Shown here piece by piece: positions 57,844-64,000 of a stretch of 64,000 bases of DNA. The DNA is from Gammaproteobacteria bacterium (GTDB lineage Bacteria > Pseudomonadota > Gammaproteobacteria > Eutrophobiales > Eutrophobiaceae): assembly GCA_965202915.1 (NCBI GenBank), contig OZ241847.1, forward strand, positions 2,194,242-2,258,241, given 5' to 3'. Numbering within the stretch: the first letter of the stretch is position 1; every line of letters starts with the position of its first letter. The position numbers and the translations under genes were made by a program. The notes under the pieces were generated by a model, which saw only the letters and a list, made by a program, of their open reading frames with translations, was not told the origin of the DNA and made no database searches.

Positions 57844-58887
57844 TCAAGGATTCTCCCCCTGTTCGAGTGTGTGCCGCATATTGCCAAGCCCAGGCGATGG
57901 ATGGAGTATTACGGACCGGTCCGGTTTGTTTGACAGGCATATCCGGTCGGCATCCGGACGGTCCAGTTCCATCACCACCAGCATAATCGTTTTCTCACCG
58001 CTATCCCTGATGCAGGACAGTACCGTGCCTATTGACCGGTCATTGCCATCATAACAAAGGGTGTCACCCACGTTTGCGTCCGCAGCCACCGACGCCGGCA
58101 TAAGGCGGCGTTTTACCGTGCCGCGGTAATGCAGGCGAGCAATCACTTCCTGCCCCGGAAAGCAGCCTTTGTTCAGGTTGATTGCAGACAGTAAATCCAG
58201 GTTCAGCATTTGCGGCAGAAACTGTTCGCTGGTCCTGGTGCCGACCCGGGGCAGGCCCTGCTTAATATCCAGATATTGCCAGGATAGGTCGTCAGTAAAA
58301 GACACCAACACTTCCCGGTTCTCGATAACGGACCGCATATCAGCAAAATCAGACAAGATCATCACCCTCCCCGAATGCTCAGGCAGACCGATTATTACCC
58401 GATTTTCATGCACGATGACCCCGCCGGGCGGACAGTCAATTCCCCCCCCGGTGTGCAGCGCATTAACCGTCTCCATATCCGCCGCACCCGATAAAACATA
58501 ATCATTACCGGCCTCCTCTATTTTTACATTGGCGCGCAACTTAAACATGGCCAGACGCGGTGACACCACAGCGGTTAAATCCTCAGGCAGCAGCATAAAA
58601 AAGTCGCCGCTGATATTGGCAAGTATAAAAAAACTGATCACCTGACCCCTGGGATTGCACCAGGCATTGAGCTGACAGCCCGAAGCCGCAATCGCGGTAA
58701 CGTCATTACTGAATTGACCGTTTAGAAATGACAGGGCATCGGGCCCCGACACCTTAATGATCGCCAAATGAGACAGATCAAACAGCCAGCACCGGTCTGG
58801 CCCCTGAAGTTCGGATACATCGCCAAGGTCGGCAAACCGGGTGAACCGACTCGACCGTTGCAGAAGGGTACGCCATTCCCGGTTCAT
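57844..58887 (-). CDS. ygfZ: Folate-binding Fe-S cluster repair / tRNA-modification protein YgfZ
   Basis: 347-aa ORF with the GcvT-like fold pattern. It carries the family motif KGCFPGQEVIARLHYRG. Confidence 0.85.
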   Translation of the reverse strand: MNREWRTLLQRSSRFTRFADLGDVSELQGPDRCWLFDLSHLAIIKVSGPDALSFLNGQFSNDVTAIAASGCQLNAWCNPRGQVISFFILANISGDFFMLLPEDLTAVVSPRLAMFKLRANVKIEEAGNDYVLSGAADMETVNALHTGGGIDCPPGGVIVHENRVIIGLPEHSGRVMILSDFADMRSVIENREVLVSFTDDLSWQYLDIKQGLPRVGTRTSEQFLPQMLNLDLLSAINLNKGCFPGQEVIARLHYRGTVKRRLMPASVAADANVGDTLCYDGNDRSIGTVLSCIRDSGEKTIMLVVMELDRPDADRICLSNKPDRSVILHPSPGLGNMRHTLEQGENP

Positions 58888-58900
58888 AGATACCCAAAAA

Positions 58901-59152
58901 CTATTTAGTCTTTACTTGCCGTAACAGGGCAATGATGGCATTGAAATCATCCCGCCGCGGCCGGCCCTTATCCATGATCCAGGCGAGAATATCCAAATCG
59001 GCCTCATCCAGCATATCATCGAAACTCAGTTTTTGATTGTCCGACAGCCGGTCATAATGCCGTTCAATAAAGCCCTGCAACAACAAATCCATCTCCTTGA
59101 CGCCGCGCCGGCAACGCCACCGCAGACGGGAGCGACTGGCCTCCATAGACAC
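58901..59152 (-). CDS. sdhE: FAD assembly factor SdhE (SDHAF2 family)
   Basis: 83-aa ORF containing RLRWRCRRGVKEMDLLL, the RGxxE motif. It lies directly downstream of sdhB. Confidence 0.85.
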   Translation of the reverse strand: MSMEASRSRLRWRCRRGVKEMDLLLQGFIERHYDRLSDNQKLSFDDMLDEADLDILAWIMDKGRPRRDDFNAIIALLRQVKTK

Positions 59153-59154
59153 GA

Positions 59155-59943
59155 TTAAACCGTGCGGGTAAGCATCAATTTTTTAACCTCGGCAATGGCC
59201 TTCGCCGGGTTCAATCCTTTTGGACAGGTATTGGTACAATTCATAATCGTATGACAACGATACAGACGGAACGGGTCTTCCAGTTCATCCAGACGCTCAC
59301 CGGTATTTTCATCCCGACTATCGACAATCCAGCGATAGGCCTGAAGCAGTATCGCCGGCCCAAGATAGCGGTCCCCATTCCACCAATAGCTCGGACAACT
59401 GGTGGAACAACATGCGCACAATATGCACTCATACAAACCATCCAGCCGGGCCCGCTCCGGTTTTGATTGCAGACGTTCAGCATCCGGCGGCGGCGGACTC
59501 TGGGTTTGCATCCAGGGTTTAATGGATGCGTATTGCGCATAAAAATGGGTCAGATCAGGCACCAGGTCCTTGATCACCGGCAGATGCGGTAACGGATAGA
59601 TTGCAATATCACCGGCAAAATTTTTGATCGCCCTGGTACAGGCCAGGGTATTAGTGCCACCAACGTTCATCGCACAGGAACCACAGATCCCCTCCCGGCA
59701 GGAGCGACGAAAAGTGAGTGTCGAATCCAACTCATTTTTAATGTAAATCAGAGCATCCAGCACCATCGGCCCGCATTGATCAAGATCGATCCGGTAACTA
59801 TCCATGACCGGATTGTGATCCTTGTCCGGGTCCCAGCGATAGACGCGCAAAGTCTTGTCGCGTGCCGCACCATTGGCGGCGTTCACGGTCTTGCCCGATT
59901 TGACCCTGGAATTTTTTGGTAACGTGAATTCAGCCATGATCAC
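59155..59943 (-). CDS. sdhB: Succinate dehydrogenase iron-sulfur subunit
   Basis: Cys clusters are [23 protein letters not shown] and [12 protein letters not shown]. Confidence 0.95.
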   Translation of the reverse strand: MIMAEFTLPKNSRVKSGKTVNAANGAARDKTLRVYRWDPDKDHNPVMDSYRIDLDQCGPMVLDALIYIKNELDSTLTFRRSCREGICGSCAMNVGGTNTLACTRAIKNFAGDIAIYPLPHLPVIKDLVPDLTHFYAQYASIKPWMQTQSPPPPDAERLQSKPERARLDGLYECILCACCSTSCPSYWWNGDRYLGPAILLQAYRWIVDSRDENTGERLDELEDPFRLYRCHTIMNCTNTCPKGLNPAKAIAEVKKLMLTRTV

Positions 59944-59964
59944 TCTCTCAAATAGTTATAATAA

Positions 59965-61752
59965 TCAATAGACCCGTTTCTTAGGAGGAATAACCTCAAC
60001 CTCGTCAGTCAACGTGAACAAATGCGTTGGCCGATAACCAAACGACACCTTGCCGTTGGCATCGATCCAGGTCAAAGTATGTTTCATCCAGTTTTCATCA
60101 TCCCGATCGGGATAATCCTCCCTGGCGTGCCCGCCCCGGCTTTCCTGTCTATTATCGGCGGCGTGTATGCTCACGATTGCACACTGCAACAGATTTCTTA
60201 GCTCCAGTGTCTCCACCAGATCGGTATTCCAGATCATGCTTCTGTCTTCCAATTTAACGTCGGCAAATGAATCCCAGATCCCGGCCATTACCTCAATACC
60301 CTCGCGCATAACCTCGCCGGTGCGAAATACCGCGGCGTGACCCTGCATATTGCGTTGCATATTGGTGCGGATCCGTGACGTAGGAACCGAGCCGTTGCTA
60401 TGACGAAGCTGATCCAGTTCCTCTATCGCCTGCGCACCCGCGTCCTGAAGGGACTTATGCGCCATCCCCGGCTTGATATTTTCCGCGCAATAATTTGCGG
60501 CCGCCCGCCCAAACACGATCAGATCCAGCAGCGAATTGGAACCCAGCCTGTTGGCGCCGTGCACCGACACACAGGCCGCTTCACCGATAGACATCAAGCC
60601 GGGCACCACCGCGTCCGGATCATCACCGTCCAGGGTCACCACCTGGCCGTGGTAATTGGTCGGGATCCCACCCATATTGTAATGCACGGTCGGGATCACC
60701 GGTATCGGTTCCCTGGAGACGTCAACCCCGGCAAAAATCCTGGCCGACTCGGCGATCCCAGGCAGACGCTCATTGATCACCTCCGTGCCCAGATGCTCCA
60801 GATGCAGATGCACGTGATCCTTATCCGCCCCCACGCCCCGGCCTTCACGGATCTCGACCGTCATTGAACGGCTGACCACGTCACGCGATGCAAGGTCTTT
60901 CGCGGACGGCGCATAACGCTCCATGAATCGTTCGCCGTCCGAATTGGTTAAATAGCCACCCTCACCCCTGACCCCCTCGGTGATTAAACAACCGGAACCA
61001 TAAATCCCGGTCGGGTGAAATTGAATAAATTCCATATCCTGCAACGGCAACCCGGCGCGCAACACCATCGCATTCCCGTCACCGGTGCAGGTATGCGCCG
61101 AAGTGCAGGAAAAATAAGCGCGGCCATAGCCGCCGGTGGCCAATACCACCTGGTGGGCGCGAAACCGATGCAAGGTGCCGTCGTCCAACTTCCAGGCCAT
61201 CACCCCGACGCAGGCGCCGTCATCATCCATAATCAGATCCAGCGCAAAGTATTCAACAAAAAAATCGGCGTCATACTTTAACGATTGCTGATACAGCGTA
61301 TGCAATATCGCATGGCCGGTACGGTCCGCCGCCGCACAGGTTCGCTGGGCGGTGCCTTCACCATAATTGGTCGTCATGCCGCCAAATGGACGCTGATAGA
61401 TCTTGCCGTCCTCGGTGCGCGAAAACGGCACCCCGTAATGCTCCAGTTCTATCACCGACGGAGCCGCCTCACGACACATATACTCGATGGCATCCTGATC
61501 GCCCAGCCAATCGGACCCCTTGACCGTGTCGTACATATGCCAGCGCCAATCATCCTCTCCCATGTTACCGAGCGCGGCGCTCATTCCGCCCTGAGCCGCG
61601 ACGGTGTGGCTGCGGGTCGGAAACACCTTGGTGATACAGGCGGTCGCCAGGCCCTTCACGGCCATGCCGAACGTCGCCCGTAACCCGGCGCCGCCGGCAC
61701 CGACCACGACCACGTCATACCGATGTTCAATAATCTGATAACCGTCGGCCAT
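59965..61752 (-). CDS. sdhA: Succinate dehydrogenase flavoprotein subunit
   Basis: [13 protein letters not shown] is the FAD-binding motif, and [10 protein letters not shown] holds the covalent FAD His. HPTG and HGANRLG are also present. Confidence 0.97.
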   Translation of the reverse strand: MADGYQIIEHRYDVVVVGAGGAGLRATFGMAVKGLATACITKVFPTRSHTVAAQGGMSAALGNMGEDDWRWHMYDTVKGSDWLGDQDAIEYMCREAAPSVIELEHYGVPFSRTEDGKIYQRPFGGMTTNYGEGTAQRTCAAADRTGHAILHTLYQQSLKYDADFFVEYFALDLIMDDDGACVGVMAWKLDDGTLHRFRAHQVVLATGGYGRAYFSCTSAHTCTGDGNAMVLRAGLPLQDMEFIQFHPTGIYGSGCLITEGVRGEGGYLTNSDGERFMERYAPSAKDLASRDVVSRSMTVEIREGRGVGADKDHVHLHLEHLGTEVINERLPGIAESARIFAGVDVSREPIPVIPTVHYNMGGIPTNYHGQVVTLDGDDPDAVVPGLMSIGEAACVSVHGANRLGSNSLLDLIVFGRAAANYCAENIKPGMAHKSLQDAGAQAIEELDQLRHSNGSVPTSRIRTNMQRNMQGHAAVFRTGEVMREGIEVMAGIWDSFADVKLEDRSMIWNTDLVETLELRNLLQCAIVSIHAADNRQESRGGHAREDYPDRDDENWMKHTLTWIDANGKVSFGYRPTHLFTLTDEVEVIPPKKRVY

Positions 61753-61758
61753 CGCGGT

Positions 61759-62142
61759 TCAAAACCCCAGAGACATTTTCAATACCGCCACCAGCGCCGC
61801 CAACCCGGCCAAACAGAACAAAAACTTAACCAGCATGATGCACGCAATCTTTTGCCATTCCGGTTGAATATAATCCTCTATTACCACCTGCATACCGAGT
61901 GCCGCGTGATAATAAAGTGCAATCAACATCAGCAACATAAGCACACAGCGCATTGGCGATAACTGCAACCAGCTATTTATGCCGGCATAATCCATCGTAG
62001 TCATACTCACCAGGGAATAAACAAACCACACGCTGAGCGGCACCAGCAAAACCGCGGTCAATCTTTGCGCCCACCAATGGCGCAAACCCTCTTTGGCGGA
62101 ACCCAGGCCGCGCGCCCTGGCTATCGGGGTTTGCAGACTCAT
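61759..62142 (-). CDS. sdhD: Succinate dehydrogenase membrane anchor subunit
   Basis: 127-aa ORF with three TM segments. It overlaps the sdhC stop by 4 nt and sits between sdhC and sdhA. Confidence 0.85.
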   Translation of the reverse strand: MSLQTPIARARGLGSAKEGLRHWWAQRLTAVLLVPLSVWFVYSLVSMTTMDYAGINSWLQLSPMRCVLMLLMLIALYYHAALGMQVVIEDYIQPEWQKIACIMLVKFLFCLAGLAALVAVLKMSLGF

Positions 62143-62522
62143 ACACTGCCACCCGCAAGCCAGGTCGCAACGCTAAGCAACAACGCAACCACGATGGCGG
62201 CGTAACCGCTTTTATAACTGGTCTCAAGCTCCAGGCCGAAACCCGCGTCCCAGAATAAATGCCTGATGCCGTTGCACAAGTGGTAATAGAAAGAAAGCAC
62301 AAACGCAAACAACAGACACTGACCGTACCAACTGCTGATATGAGTCTGCATCAGCGCGAAATATTGCGGCCCGGTGGCCGCCGCCGTTAACCAGCAGGCA
62401 AGCAACACCGCGCCCAGCGCCAAAAATACCCCGGTGCCGCGATGACTGATCGACAACAGCGAAGTCAACTGCGGTTTATATATCTGCAAATGCGGTGATA
62501 AGGGTCTATTTACCATCGCCAT
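62139..62522 (-). CDS. sdhC: Succinate dehydrogenase cytochrome b556 subunit
   Basis: The internal start gives MAMVNRPLSPHLQIYKPQLTSLLSISHRGTG. Confidence 0.85.
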   Translation of the reverse strand: MAMVNRPLSPHLQIYKPQLTSLLSISHRGTGVFLALGAVLLACWLTAAATGPQYFALMQTHISSWYGQCLLFAFVLSFYYHLCNGIRHLFWDAGFGLELETSYKSGYAAIVVALLLSVATWLAGGSV

Positions 62523-62593
62523 ACATGCTGCCTCCTCCTGATCACGTTTTATATCCGGTACATCAATCGCCCGGCGGGTGAATCCAAACCCGC

Positions 62594-62755
62594 CTAGAAA
62601 TCGATACAGCGCCCGCGCCGTTCCCAATCACCGTAGCGCGTCGGCTCCGGCCCCTGCGGACCTCCGATTTCACCGCCGGCGTTTTTTTTCACGTCCATAA
62701 CCGGCTCAGGTTGAATATCGTCCGGTTTTTTAGCATCATTGGTTTTTGCCTGCAT
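62594..62755 (-). CDS. DUF1674 (SDHAF4-like) small protein
   Basis: The internal ATG at 62755 gives a 53-aa product ending GGPQGPEPTRYGDWERRGRCIDF, the DUF1674 C-terminal signature. It lies ~70 nt upstream of sdhC on the same strand. Confidence 0.75.
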   Translation of the reverse strand: MQAKTNDAKKPDDIQPEPVMDVKKNAGGEIGGPQGPEPTRYGDWERRGRCIDF

Positions 62756-62872
62756 TCGTAAATTATATCCCAGGCCGCCAAAAAAAACAGCACTTTTGTA
62801 CGTCGGAATACCGGCGAAAGTCCGGCCGCAATTAAAAACCACCAGAATAACAAGGAGACAGCATAAACCGGG

Positions 62873-63352
62873 ATGAGCAGAGAGAACCCTTTCCTATTGC
62901 CGCTATCGATTCCGGTGGCGGTATCGCCCAGGCTGATCAGGCTGCTGTACGCGGTGGCACTGGGGGCCGGCCTGGCAATATGGATCAGTGCCGCCACAGT
63001 GATAATAAAATCCGCGGCGTCACTATTATTATTGCTTTATATCGCGCTCCTGCGGCGCCGGCTCCAATCCAACCGGGCGCACGATCCCAGACAAATAACG
63101 CTACTCCATGATAACAGTTGGCGGATCATTACCCATGCCGGCGAGACCCTGCCGGCAACACAGGGCCGGGCGATCTTTATTCATCGCGATCTGATCGTGC
63201 TGCCTCTGCACTACAATCGGCGCAAAAAGATCCTGCTGTTGACGCCTGACAGCCTCGACAATACACTCCTGCGGCGCTTGCGGGTGCGCCTGCAATACCT
63301 CAGCGACCAGCCACCGCTCAGCACCAAAAATGTTTTATCTTCCAGGCAATAA
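62873..63352 (+). CDS. YgfX/CptA-like inner-membrane protein
   Basis: 159-aa ORF with two TM segments followed by LLRRRLQSNRAHDPRQITLLHDNSWRI ... KILLLTPDSLDNTLLRRLRVRLQY. This is colinear with E. coli YgfX as I recall it (..VRSQRRINARQGEIRLLMDGRLRW...HLWLAADSMDEAEWRDLRRILLQ). Confidence 0.6.
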   Translation: MSRENPFLLPLSIPVAVSPRLIRLLYAVALGAGLAIWISAATVIIKSAASLLLLLYIALLRRRLQSNRAHDPRQITLLHDNSWRIITHAGETLPATQGRAIFIHRDLIVLPLHYNRRKKILLLTPDSLDNTLLRRLRVRLQYLSDQPPLSTKNVLSSRQ

Positions 63353-64000
63353 ACAACTTGCTCAGCGGACTCAGCGCATGCCGTTGCCGCAGGAATGAAT
63401 CGCAATGACGGATATCGACCCCGCACTGACGCGCCAGTAAACGGCACAGGATCAATGCATGCAACTGTTGCCGGCGGTCGGTCGCCGGCATCCGCTCATA
63501 GAGCCGCTGCAAATACCGCCGCAATTCCGTAAATAATGGAATAAAGACCGCCCGCAGCTCAGCCGCTTCCTGATTCAAACAGGCCGGAATAGAGGCCCGA
63601 CTTAAATAGCCGCCGGGGATAAAAATACGATCCTGCCGCAAATGAAAAGCGGTTTGCCCAAGCAGGCCGAACAACGCATTGACGGCCGCGGTTTTTGCCA
63701 AAACCTCCAGCGTATCGGGATCCGAACAGCCGCCTATCTCGGCACTCAGCCGCCAGATTGTACCGGGGCCGTTCATCAAAACCCGGATACAGGCATCCAA
63801 CGATTCAGGCTGCTCAATGCAGATCAAAGAATCGGCATGAGCGATGGGCCCGATCAGCCTGGCCCGGTCTATTGTGTGCACCGCAATGATCTCCGCCAAC
63901 GCACGGCTGATCGGATGCCCGGCCCTGTGCCGGTAAAGCCGGTCGATCTCCTCACTCCACCACAGTAACTTCAACCTGGCCACGCCCGGATCCTGGCAGG
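63318..64000 (-). CDS. Squalene/phytoene-synthase-family protein (N-terminus outside the window)
   Basis: The frame is open to the window edge. ARLKLLWWSEEIDRLYRHRAGHPISRALAEII and ..RQDRIFIPGGYL resemble the rL.WWr.ei...HPv..AL and gRiYlP blocks of the family. I did not see clear DxxxD motifs in the visible part. Confidence 0.6.
   Translation of the reverse strand, partial: CQDPGVARLKLLWWSEEIDRLYRHRAGHPISRALAEIIAVHTIDRARLIGPIAHADSLICIEQPESLDACIRVLMNGPGTIWRLSAEIGGCSDPDTLEVLAKTAAVNALFGLLGQTAFHLRQDRIFIPGGYLSRASIPACLNQEAAELRAVFIPLFTELRRYLQRLYERMPATDRRQQLHALILCRLLARQCGVDIRHCDSFLRQRHALSPLSKLFIAWKIKHFWC

Noticed and set aside
1-64000. I scanned for CRISPR arrays, rRNA genes, intact IS elements or prophage genes, and long inverted repeats.
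   Set aside because: None were seen by eye. A systematic repeat search was not possible, so short or degenerate repeats may have been missed.

Overview
This 64-kb segment has the gene content and synteny of a gammaproteobacterial chromosome. Core blocks are ssb-MFS-uvrA, rimP-nusA-infB-rbfA-truB, rpsF-rpsR-(membrane protein)-rplI-dnaB-alr-radA, sdhCDAB-sdhE-ygfZ, znuACB and maeB. The first ~17 kb is an accessory mosaic. It holds a visibly GC-rich island encoding four GT-C-fold membrane glycosyltransferase-like proteins from three families, plus a HAD hydrolase. These are two TMTC/PMT-like+TPR paralogues, one GT22/PIG-B-like protein and one frameshifted DUF2723/TMEM260-like protein. The island is split by an AT-rich ~5.5-kb, tightly coupled four-gene operon. 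In order, the operon encodes a divergent GHKL ATPase, a Dcm m5C methyltransferase, a MORC-like GHKL ATPase fused to a TIGR02391 (Rx4H, HEPN-like) domain, and Vsr. I could find no DNA nuclease in it other than Vsr, and it is my best candidate for an undescribed methylation-linked defence/repair system. Other points of note are a DUF1302-DUF1329-BNR-RND module, an sdh locus carrying SdhE, a DUF1674 protein and a YgfX-like protein, and a Fur-box-like OMP-P19 pair without a permease. There is also a decayed hemB relic, a transposase relic and one initiator tRNA-Met. I saw no rRNA, CRISPR array or intact mobile element. All homology calls come from reading motifs by eye. No database search or alignment program was run.
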